Shown here piece by piece: positions 37,261-49,052 of a DNA stretch of 64,000 nucleotides (position 1 is the first letter of the stretch; every line of letters begins with the position of its first letter). A model generated the notes under the pieces. That model made no database searches and was not told the origin of the DNA. It saw nothing but the letters and a program-made list of their open reading frames with translations. A program made the translations under genes and the position numbers. Source of the DNA: Macrostomum lignano (lineage: Eukaryota); contig NIVC01002217.1 in NCBI GenBank assembly GCA_002269645.1, positions 99,908 to 163,907 of the forward strand. The letters are read 5' to 3'.

Positions 37261-39548
37261 AAGTCTAATTCAAAAAAAGTTCATTAGAGTCAAATCTGCG
37301 GGCAGTTCAACAAACAGTTTCGCTTGCAAACAACGGCGGAGCATTAAAACACAATTTTCAGTACTGAGCCACTTTAATCAATTCAAATGTCACGCTGTCC
37401 TACTAACGTGCTAACAGTCTGGTCTTTTTTGACTCTCTTGTGACGTGATCATTTGCCTCTCATGACTCGCTTGACTGGCTGACAATGACAACCTATTTTG
37501 TTGTTGTTGACTTTACAGCGGAGGCCTTCTCTAAATTAGCAATCTGCAGATGTCTCGTCCATTTCAGTAATCTCCGTTACATTGAGATGATTCTTGAGTG
37601 AACAGTTAAAAGTCCGTTAAATTACGGCATAGCCGATTCCTTGTTCGGTCCAACAGATTGACGAGTCGCGAACTCCAATTAATCGGTGTTTGCTCCAGCT
37701 ATCTCTCCTTCCACGATACCACTACAGTTTAAAGTCATTGTCTTCAGAGTCAAACCGGTTTACTAGTTATGCATGTTCACTCTCATTACCCAAGCCAGAT
37801 ATATATATATGAAATTTTGTCTATTGGTTAGAATCCGAGGCCTTCGCGCACACCCCAGCGGGGGCTCTGCCAGCTCTTCAACATTCTCTCCCAGATTTGT
37901 TGAAGAAAAAATGTCTACGGCGAAATAACAATAATACCCCTAATATATGCTCGTACTATAGCAATTTTCATTTTAGGAAGTTAAGCATTCAATTTAAGAC
38001 ACGGCCAACAATATGACCAACACCGTGTATTGGGGAGAGAATTGAATTTAAGACATCGATCAGTTGAACTCAGAGTTTAAACTCAAACTCACAATTGCGT
38101 ATTTTATAACGCAGAAAGCGAACAATAAAAGTGAGTTAGCATTTTGGATGCACTTATGCAAACTGTAATTATGACTAAACTGTTCAGACCACATGTGTGC
38201 TCAATCAGATGCTTTCACGGCCAAGCAACCGGCAGGAAGCGCAGTGTGCGAGCAAACCAGACTGCACTCTGCAGTGCCATGGAGCGAAAATCCTGTAGAT
38301 TGATTTCGTCTGGTGAACTCTCCAGCTCCATTTGCACGGGGGCATGAATTGTCTGAATTTAACTGCTAGCTAGCTGTCCTAAATTCAATGCTCTGCCTGT
38401 GCCATAGACCATGTACGCCATACGGTGTTTTGACCATAGACGATAGTAGCAACGGATTGAACGATTGGCAGTGTCTTAAACTACGAGCGCATATTCTAAA
38501 GAACACTTTAAAACAATCCCATCGGTTTTTATCATTAGTAGTCTACGAGTATACTCGCATGCACATAGTCCACCATTTTGTGAACATGCTGTAGTTCAGA
38601 CAACTGTTGGGGTATCTGAGTTTGCCAATCTAATACATTAGCGAAGGAAGAGTTGGTGAAAACTCCAGTTCCAGCTTAGGAGAGCAACCTGCGAATTTCT
38701 AGTCGGTTTGCTCCGCAGCTGTACTTCAGGTTCCATTCTAAGTTGACACCCTTATCTCTCCGATATGCACCTGAATATTGTACCAAATAGATCCCCGAGT
38801 GGCCGCTGAAACAATAAAAGTAACGAAATCAAAACAACATGACACATCATTTTCATCCAAAAAAAGATTTTAAAAACTGAGCTGAGGAGATATATTTTTG
38901 AGCAAGATCCGCTCAAGTAACTGTTTTTTTACCAATATGGACTTTTGAGACCAAAACGGTCAATAACAATTTGATTGGAAAAAACAAATAAAGTACAAAC
39001 CAGTACAAAACGTAACAAAAACAAAGGTGCATTGAATGTAGGGAGCTTGATAAAGAGGAGCATAAAAGCAGGTGCACGCCAAATGCATAAACCTGGGGCT
39101 GCAGTTCTAAAGGCAGTTGATTATTAATACACAAATACAACCTAAACAGGAAATTAAGACTCGATACATGAGACCCATCGTAACCGATGCCAAGTGTTAG
39201 TTGCTATGGAAACAGAACACTGAGAAATACTCGAAGCTCCCTAGATAACTGCAACTAGCGAGGAAATATTGATTAGCAAAGGCGATAAATTGCATAGATA
39301 AATAGTCATTGAAGTAAGAAAACTTCTGGAAGGGAGGCTTGTGAACTTCAAGGACCACAACTTTTAAACTTGGTAGCTGAAAAAACAGTAAAGAAAAATG
39401 TGGTAACCGATAACAAAAGTAACTAAAAAGAGAGCCAAAGCTTCAAGCTGAAAAAATCACTCAATCCAAATTATGAAATGTCCATCAATCAGTTAAATCG
39501 AAACTACCTGACAGTCTGTCCAAAGTGATAATAAAGCCGGATTGAACC

Positions 39549-40909
39549 TCACTTGTTTTTGTGATTGTTCTGACGACGGGAGCGCTTCTTTTTCTTCTTT
39601 TGCTGATTCTTGTCTTGCTGCTCCAGCGAATCTCCAGGTTCGTCAGTCGGCTTCACTCGCTCTTCCTCCGTGGGCTCTTCTTCCTTGGGTTCATCCGCCT
39701 TCGGCTGTTCAAGCTGCTTCGCCATCCGACCATCACGCTCGGCAGCCTCGTACAGTTTGATCTTGCGTTTCAATTCCTCGTATTCCTGCTGCAACTGCTC
39801 CCCTTTGAGGTTGGCGGCATCCAGCTTGGCTCTCAGCCTATTTCGCCTACTGTTTTCCGCCGCGGCCATGGCGTGCACTGATATGTAGCGCAGCTTTTCG
39901 GCCGCCAATTTCTCGGCAGCCAGCCGGCACTGGCGCCAAGCGAACTTTGTATCCAGGCGTATGTTCTCCAATTTGACGGCTCTGGCGTCATCTACCAGCT
40001 GCATTAGGCGCCTGGCTCTGTCGCTCTTTAGGGGAAAAATTCAGTAGTGTACTGGGCAATGCTCAGCAATGGTAGATTCAAAGCACAATATAAGAAAGAA
40101 ATCATTTTAGAGTACGAGCTGGGAGCTGAATCTCACCAGCCAGATGGGAGGCTGTGACATCCTCAGAATCCCACCAGCCAGATGGAGAGGCTGTGACATC
40201 CTCAGAATCCCACCAGCCAGATGGAGAGGCTGTGACATCTTCTGAATCTCACCAGCCAGATGGAGAGGCTGTGACATCCTCATATCCCACCAGCCAGATG
40301 GAGAGGCTGTGACATCCTCTGAATCCCACCCAGCCAGATGGAGAGGCTGTGACATCCTCAGAATCCCACCAGCCAGATGGAGAGGCTGTGACATCCTCTG
40401 AATCCCACCAGCCAGATGGAGAGGCTGTGACATCCTCTGAATCCCACCCAGCCAGATGGAGAGGCTGTGACATCCTCTGAATCTCACCAGCCAGATGGAG
40501 AGGCTGTGACATCTTCTGAATCTCACCAGCCAGATGGAGAGGCTGTGACATCCTCAGAATCCTATCAGCCAAAGAGATGGAGAAGACATACAGGTACCTA
40601 TAGTCAACTATTCCGCCAATCGACTAATTCTAGGAAACTCACTTCTGTCGGATTTTCCGGCAGCTGCCTGACTGGCGGGCGCGCGTACCCTGGCTCGCCA
40701 AGTAAAACTCGTATGTAGGCAGCCCGGTTGTGAAGACTGTCAATGATCTTTTGGGTCACTTCAACGCTTTTCTCCCAAGTAGCCGGCGGCGCGTTGGGAT
40801 CTTCGGAGAGTAATCCCAGCTCGATGAGTCCGCTCTTAACGGCCGGAGACAGATGGCTGGTGTCCGGCATGGTCCTTGGTACTGGGTTATCGCAACTTGT
40901 TGAGCTCAT
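39549..40909 (-). CDS. Uncharacterised coiled-coil protein with acidic and basic tail, ~247 aa
   Basis: Exons 40909-40643 and 40025-39549 joined in phase 0 (aca gaa|agc gac); donor gtgagt, acceptor ccctaaag. The start Met is uncertain. Confidence 0.75.
40130..40570. repeat. 39-40-bp minisatellite (ccagccagatggagaggctgtgacatcctcagaatccca)
   Basis: Fills the intron of the coiled-coil gene. Confidence 0.95.
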
Positions 40910-42492
40910 TTTTAACAGCGAATTCTTGGATAATAACGTGCCTGAAACATGGATTCATGAGAATTGAATGAGCCATAACTGGAAGCGGACACAGGTTCTT
41001 GCAAATAGTTTATTTTATATAACTAAGGTAGCTATAATGTATAAAGTATAAAGCCTAAAGTATCTTTTATATAAAGTAGCCTTAATTAGCACAAGTCTCT
41101 AATGATTATTTTAACATTTAACATTTAAAGATTTAACATACTATTTTAACACAGGAACAACAAACATGCAAAAGTGCTATCACTTGTTGAGGCATCCTGA
41201 TTATTAGCAATTGATGAATGCTTTGGGTAGCTATTGCGAGGCATTTAGAACTACCAATTGCCACATTCTTTAGGGCATCCCACTGAACTCTTTCCTTTAC
41301 AAAACTGTAAAGTACAGATATATTACAATCATAAAGTTGTTAAGTAAATTTGCAATAAGTTAATTATATTAGTAACACAGTCACAATGTGCCAACAGAAT
41401 ATTTAAAAGTAGCTGCAGCTTCTACCTATTATCCCAATGTTGCTATTACTATCTACAATTTATATAAATATAGTATCATCAGACTACCTAATATGCACAT
41501 ATACTATGACTGCATGTCAGTTTGCACATCAATGTGACAAATGTCAATATTGGTATAACTTATCATCTTTTCATTGAAATGAGCTGTTTCAAATCATAGG
41601 ATAGCTTTGACTTAGAGGATATCTAGTTGTCAATTCTAATAGCCCAATAACAACTATTGATTTCAACTTATCCAATAGCTTAATCAAATAGTTCAAATAG
41701 AAAAAATAACTATGACTTTTTACTGTATTTTTAAGGATAAATGCCTTGTCATCTAACTAGTACGGTCTAGATTTTTGGTAGGTATTTTTGCAACTCACCT
41801 TGGCTAGCCACTTTGATAGCTAGGCAATTAGGCTAACTTGGCTAAGTATTGCACATGTATACCTTAGATAAATATATCCTAGTGCCAGCAAAAAGAAACC
41901 TAAGCTAAGGCTTTTATCTAGAACTTAGACATTAGATGCATTTTTTAATCTTAGTGCCAACAAAAAATAATATGCAGATCATTTTGAATTTATTTTAGAA
42001 TATACAAATCTAAAAATTAGGCAATGTCCTAGTTTCTTAAGTTAAATTATTTTGACATTGCAAAAAAGAAGCACTTTTCTTGGGATAGTTGGCATTGGCA
42101 GCAAAAGAACTTGTTCAGATGGGACTTAAAAAGTCTATCACTGGTACCATTTGTAAACTTTAGTTTACAAACTTTACAAAGTTATAAACTTTAGTTTAGT
42201 TTACCTTATAGTAAACTTTATTAATAAACTTAAACTTTAAACATAATTTTATCAAAGTCTAAAAGCTATACTTTTACTAATGCATACTTTAGTAAACTTG
42301 TTTTGGTTTGTTTTTTTTTAATTTGGTGCCAAAATAATTTAATAAGGGAAACTTGGACATTGTCAAAAGTCAAAGATCTTTATCATGAAAGGCAAAAAAA
42401 GAAAAGCATAAAGAATTTTTAATATATAGATAAGATAAGATATAGATAGGCCCCTACAAAAAGATTGCAAACTGCTATACTATAAAATAATA

Positions 42493-43149
42493 GGATTACA
42501 GTCATTTCAGTGACAAGACGTTTCGGTGACAGTCCTTTTGGTGACAAGCAAAAGTCATTTCGGTGACAAGAAAAATACAATTTTAGTTATAGCCATTCTG
42601 TTTTTAAACAGAAAATTACTTAGAAAATCTTAAGGGATATTGAGCCTAAAATTTTATATTTTTTTAAACAGTTAAGTATTTCTGTATTTAATTTTGTTTA
42701 TTTACAATTATAGAGTTGCAGTCTTTTGAATTATGTTTTCCAATTTAAACATGCAAAAGCGTTGACGAGTGAATATCTCCGCCTTTCTCGTGGTCTGCAT
42801 TTCATGAGGATTCTCTCTAGGTTTATGGTTTATGTGTCTGAACACTCTAGGACAATTCAAAATGATCTGCACAGGAAGAAAACAATATAATTAGTTTGCT
42901 TTCTTTTTTAAAATATATTCTTTCAACAAAAATTTTTAAATAAATTATGAAACATAAATCTTAACAAAATAACTACAACCAAATATTATGAAACGCCTCT
43001 TATCACTAAAATAACAATACTCATGAAATCTTTGATTTTTCATTGAAAATGAAGTGTGTCTATCACAATTGCTACTTGTCACCAAAATGACTATTTGTCA
43101 CCGAAACGTCTGTCACCAAAACGTCTTGTCACCGAAACGACTAGTACCC
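42493..43149. mobile_element. Non-autonomous Mutator-like (MULE) element / MITE, 657 bp
   Basis: ~75-bp imperfect TIRs built from tandem (g/t)ttt(c/t)ggtgacaag units, flanked by an identical 9-bp TSD AAAATAATA (42484-42492 and 43150-43158). A 9-bp TSD is characteristic of the Mutator superfamily. Confidence 0.85.
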
Positions 43150-44149
43150 AAAATAATATATATACTTGACCATTTTAGCAAAGCAAACCTTTTCTTTGAA
43201 ATTGGTAGCATTTAAAATTGACAATTTAATTTTTTATTTGAACTAGGGCCTAAAATAGCTTTCACAAAAGGATCTTTTCTTGTTACTAAAATAAATTTTA
43301 CTTGTTATCAAATTCAAAACAAGTGTTAGAGCCTAGCAAAATAATTTGGCGCATGCTAGGGCCTATATTAGGCCCTATAATCTGCCAAAATGATATCCTA
43401 AGGCATAGGTATAGGCCTAACCTATTGCTTAGTATATAAATAGACATGTTTTCCTTTTAGTCTTAGGCTAGACATGTCTTTCTTTTAGTCTGAAAATATG
43501 AAAGCATAAGACTTGTAACTTCATAGGCCCTAGCCATAGCTTATACTATTATAGCTTCAAATTTTATAAAGAAAAGAATGAATAAAGATCCAATGGGCAA
43601 GTCATTTTCACTTGGAAGGTTTTAGAAATTTACCATAGGCTTAATTATCTATAGGCCTAAGCCTTTAGAGTCGTCTATACTATACTATACTATAGCCTTC
43701 TGGCCCCCTATAGACTTAGGCTAGGCCTACACCTAAAAATAGTAGGCTTATAAAAATAACATTGTAATGCAGTGCATGTAATTAGCAAATAGAAAATGGA
43801 TAGTTTTAAGCTTAAGTTAAAGTTTCTAAATTATTATCACTAATGCAGCCGCTGAACCGACGCTTATTAGTCCTAGAACTAAGCCTAGCCTAAGCATTTG
43901 AATCACTCTGTCTAGGCCTACCTCTAATTTTATTTTAAACTGAAACTGAAAATCGGTTTATAGGCTCGGACAATGCTTATGGGCCATGCCCATGTGGTCA
44001 AATTAATTTTTCAAAGCAACAAAAAACAGTAAAAATCGATTTCTAATATTTTTAATATTTAACTACGAAAATAGTTGTAAAAACAAGAGGCAACGTATTG
44101 ATATGAAGCCTCTTGTTTGTTATGCAAGCTGAGGCGCCCGCGCACGTGA

Positions 44150-45000
44150 CAGTAGTGGTAGTAGTAAGAATTTAGCTCAAGCAATTAGCCTGTTTGGCCA
44201 ATATATTATAGAGCTATGTATTTGGAAAAATTTTCGAAATAGAAGTTTATAAAGACGATTTGACGACGATTTGACGAATTGTAAAAGATAAAGTATTTGA
44301 AAGCGCGCCAGAATTTTTACGGTGTTTTTGGACGAAAAGTGACGACTAACAACTGACAACGAGTATAAATATTAATACAAAAATGAGTACGAATTACGAG
44401 GTATAGCTTTAATTGCGAGATTACTTTGATTACGATAAGTTGCGAATGTAGTTCGAACGAAAAATCCAAAAGAAAAGAAAAAAAATAACTATTTTATGCC
44501 GTTGACAAAAAACTTGACATTAGCAGTAGTAGTAGTAAATTTGGCTCAGGCTTAAGGAGCCTGTTTTGCCAGTATGATCCGATGTATTTGTTCAAAAGGT
44601 TAAATTTTTACACGAGTTACGATGCGAGTTACGATATTTGTAAAAGTAAAGGTCTTTGAAAGAGCGTCTAGAGTTTTTTTTAAACGGTTTTTCAGCCGAT
44701 TAACGACTAACGCCAGAATAACAAGATTCTAAGCAGGGAAAAATAAAAAATCAATGTCGTACATGTATATATATGACTTTAAGCAAAACGATTCTTCTAG
44801 AATTCGATTCAGAAAAGGTAGTTAGATATTAACAAATATAACAAATATCGAGTATAATTAAGGATAGCTCTACAATAATAGGCGATTTTTGTAAAAAGAT
44901 GTAGATTTTTGAAAGCGCGTGATATTTCAAAGCGTGAAAAACGAACATAAACATACTTCGCACGAACTTTACGTCTAACGAATAACGACGATTTAAATAG
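44150..45000. repeat. Degenerate ~370-bp tandem repeat, with a further partial copy at 45606-45740
   Basis: The agtagtagtagtaa...ttagctc block recurs at ~44152 and ~44524. ttgtaaaagataaagtatttgaaagcgcgccagaattttt at ~44279 is nearly identical to ~45606. Confidence 0.65.
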
Positions 45001-45192
45001 GGAATTGAAAAATACAGTAAATTAATAAATAACTGAAAAGCGCGGATTTGTTACACTGCTAATGTATCTGATTCAGTTTGTTTAACTGTTCTAGCTATTC
45101 ATGACTTCATATATTTTAGCTACAACCAGTGAGTTCTTTTCTGACTCTTTTTTCATTTGTAGCATATCCTATCTTGTGTTTTTGATTGCCAT

Positions 45193-45600
45193 TTAAGAGG
45201 TATTGACAGAAGTATTTTTTCTGATCTCTTCAGTTTGTGGGCATTCGGTCAAGTAGTGTAGGATGTCAGAACCATTTCGCGCTACACACATTTTACATGG
45301 TTCTTGAGAAAAAAAGTTGGGTGTAATCTCGCATTTCAGTTTTAGGAGGGTTGTTAAGAATTTTTTGTTTCTAAATGTGTATGGAAAGTAATCTGAAAGG
45401 TCGGGCCTGCAGATTTTTTTGTAGAGGTAGGCGCGTTTTTGTAGAGTTTAATATGCTGCTGATTCTCTAGTTTTTGGCTAAGTTCTCTTTCTCTGTGTCG
45501 TATCTTGAGGTGCTTTTTCACTAGGTATTTCTCGTTTTTAAAGCTTTGGGAAAGTTTATCTTCAGTTAGTGCTTTTAGGTCTATACTTTCCAGTTTCTTT
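45193..45600 (-). mobile_element. 5'-truncated non-LTR retrotransposon ORF2 C-terminus (CCHC finger)
   Basis: Minus-strand translation ...FLTTLLKLKCEITPNFFSQEPCKMCVARNGSDILHYLTECPQTEEIR (C-x2-C-x9-H-x4-C), with a frameshift upstream in an A run; A-rich codon usage unlike the host exons. Confidence 0.7.
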
Positions 45601-47259
45601 TTTATTGTAAAAGATAAAGTATTTGAAAGCGCGCCAGAATTTTTTACGATATTTTTGGACGAAAAGTGACGACTAACAACTAAAGACGATTAATACAAAC
45701 GAGTACGAATTACGAGGTATTGCTTTGATTACGAGATAACGTGACGGCCGGACAGAGAAGAGATTCAAACTTGAACGCTGATCATATATGGTATATAATT
45801 GCAATATCTAGAGCGTTATGGACAAGCAAGCATATTCATTCAAGCATACAAACCCTAGAGATTTAGTATATAGATTTAATAGCTGGATTTAAAACCATTT
45901 TTACCCATTGAGGCAGGGTTGTATGAACTATCTATATTACTAACAGTAGCTAAACCCGAACATTTTATTGCAACCAATCAGGTAGTTTCTCCCCATTTGT
46001 TTAAATCCCACAATAATTCAATTTTTTTGTTATAACTCTATTAATTGTTTTATAAATGCTGCCTCCCTCCCTCATAAATTTCTGTATAAAAGGAAGCTGT
46101 TTGACTCGAAAAATAATAACTTCTGGCTCCTAACAAAATTCTTACCTAGCTGAGGAGCTCTTAGTAAAGAGACTTGAAGTTTGGCTAAGACTTCTCTCGT
46201 TATTTCTTTGCGTTCATGAATAACTAGAGGTCGTGGAGACCCAAAACTAGGATTCTAGATAGGGAAATTAGAGGTCTTGGAGACCCAACTAGGACTCTGA
46301 ATAGGGAGACTTGAGGTCGTAGAGATCTGGAATTGGAATAGAGAATTTGGAGGTCGTACAGACCCTAAGAAAGCCGTGCGGGCTAACAATAGACATTAGG
46401 CGCAAGAAATTAGGCATTAGGGGAATAAAGTAGCTACCGTTGGACACCCTTGATCCTCGGAAAACGTTAGACTTTCGGACTAAATTAGGGAATTAGATAG
46501 TGTCTTACCGCTCGGGCACTAAACGCTACCACAAGGTTTTCTAAGAAACCACGTGAATTAGAACATTTCCAAGAAGAATAACAGTTTAGGGGCAAACAAT
46601 GCTATTTAAAATAGACAATTTAGTGAATACCGGTGGAAAAGTAACTAGGAACCAAAAGGTCTGTAACAACTTAGTGGCATTAGTAGATTTAGATAGGCAG
46701 AGCTAAAAGAACTGTTACACCATCCTTTTACGCAATTGATTGCACTAATTTGGGATTAAGCTAATTTTGTTTTTGGCTAAAATGCACAAAATAAATTTGA
46801 GTCAGAAATGAAAATCACCATGTAAAATTTGCATATATTCTCCGCAATCAAAATATGATTCTCTCGAAAGATGCACACACTACGTCAACGTCAGGGGCGG
46901 ATTTAGAAGGGACGGAAAGGGTGCGCGCCTCCGTCAGTTCTGTGGATCCAAGACATAAGATTTGGTTCAATGCCGGTGTCATCTTTTTAAGCAAGTTCTG
47001 TATGGGTGCGCCCCATCGAAAAATTTCTGCACCGGCGTCTATAATATACTACGTAATTAAAGCACTAAGCGATGCGACAAATACCCGTTTCTTACCGGGC
47101 TCCAGCTCTCGATGACACAAGCTATACTGCTGTAAATGGACTGTATATTTGGTAAATCTCCAGCTGCTACTCGATCAACTCGTAGTACATGTTCGAGTAT
47201 ATTTATGTTTGCTAAACACATCCGCTTTTGGTACAAGTCAGGCAAAAAGTGTTTGATTC

Positions 47260-48064
47260 TCAATGCGTTTTATTGCCTCGACGCTGCCTTCCAGCAGCTT
47301 CCTCTTCGCTGACTTCTTCATCTTCATCTTCCTCCTCTTCATCCTCCTCAACGATATCGTCGCTGCCACCTTTGGCGGGCGCTTTCCGATTTTGCACCGG
47401 AGCGGCCACGGCCGAATCCTCGATAAACTTGCGCTCCGGGTTGCGCCGCCTGGCTCTCCGGATGTCCCGCTGGCGCTGCAGCTCCGGCAGCGACTCCAGA
47501 TGGTGCGCCAGCCGGCCCGAACAGCCGCGTGCCTTGGCCACGGTGAACTCGGCGCGGCGAACGCTTTGGTGAAACCCGTTGGGCAGCGATTCCAGCACCG
47601 GCAGGCGGACGTACTTCAGCTGGCGGCCCCAGCCCTCCTCGCGGCCGCGCCAGCGGGTCATATTGTCCAGCGAGAACAGCTCCTTGTCCGCCGGACTGAC
47701 GGCCTCAACCGGTCGGAGTCGCTGCGGATCCCACTTGATGGCTTCGCGACCTTCGCGCACCAGATTCGGAGTCTTATAGCGGCTATAGTGGATACCCTGC
47801 CGGCTGGCCCGGGCACGGCTCGGAGTGGCCGCTGCTGCCTGAGGTCACCTTGAAGAGAGCCAGGCTGCGGCGGAGGTCGTTGTAGCGCGTAGTATGCTTG
47901 GCCAGCAAGTTGGTCTCGCGCCATTGCAGGAAGTCGAGCCGACGCTGAAGGGCTTCCTCTTCAAAGCGGTTGCGTCGCTCCGCGGCCACCTGGTACTGGC
48001 GCGGATTCTTGTCCAACACCTGCTGCTGTGCCGCCTGCTGCTGCTGCTGCTGCTGCTTCAGCAT
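47260..48064 (-). CDS. Uncharacterised Q-rich protein with acidic tail; reading frame interrupted near 47850 (frameshift or atypical short intron)
   Basis: Two GC3-rich ORFs (48064-47783 and 47760-47260) offset by +1; ATG to stop spans 805 nt (3n+1). Confidence 0.6.
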
Positions 48065-49052
48065 CTTGACAGCTACGCTCGTGTTTTTTACACAGGCATG
48101 CCAATCCGCTTTTCTGCAGTCCTCAGTGCTAAACTTAAATAGCTTGGCTCACCGGTACGGAAGCTGAGGCTGCCCCGTTGTGGAGGGGGGAGGAAGAAAA
48201 ATCAATAGCTACGCTTGCCTACTTTGGGTTGGCTTTCTGCTTTTCTAGGAGAAACTTGCTGCTCTAGGAGGCCGTTGCGTGTGTTGGGAAGGAGACTCCA
48301 ACACTGTTGACTGTCTTTCAGTTTCTTTCATTCCTTTCCCGTGCACTGTGCCAGCAGCTTTGCTTTCATTTGCCACAGATGAGGGAGCCCCAACCCATAG
48401 TCTTGCCTATTGTTTCTCTGGCTTGCTAAGCCACCCATCAGATGGCCGCGCGCTTGTTCAGTGTTTCTAAGAGCCTTCGTGCTTCAATACAATACACAAA
48501 ACACGTACTGCGTCACGCACAGGCTTTGTTTATTAATATTATTATTGTAACTCTGAGAAGGTAAATAGATGAAGTCAATTACGGCTTTGTTGAAAGTCCA
48601 TGCGCTGGGTGTGTATGAGTAACAATGCATGCCTGACAATTAGAGAAAGTCAGTGCTGTACTCACTTGGTGTGCCTGAGCACGCATCCTGAGCACTATAA
48701 TAATGTCACAATTTTCATGTTCCACTTTCACAAAGTATGTTGTTATGCATAAAATGCAATCTGCATTGACAAAAGAAAGTGAAATTAAACTTCGCCTTCT
48801 TGCTTAACTTGCATTAATTCCACTATATTGCCAAGGACCACCACATTCCACGGCATGCGGTACTCAATACGCAGCTCAAAAAAGATGTGTCAAAGACGTT
48901 AAGATTTTGGCAGAGATGTCAGGATAGTTTGGAGCAACATAAACTGTCAATTTAACATGCAAAAAGAGGTTTTAACTGGCGTGTTGTGTATCATTCCTAG
49001 AGATTGTGAATTCAGCAATCCAGTCTCATGCATCGCCCTCTCCACGCCAACA

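Noticed and set aside
46888-47045. caggggcggattt... resembling a PIF/Harbinger MITE left end
   Set aside because: No convincing matching right TIR or TSD.
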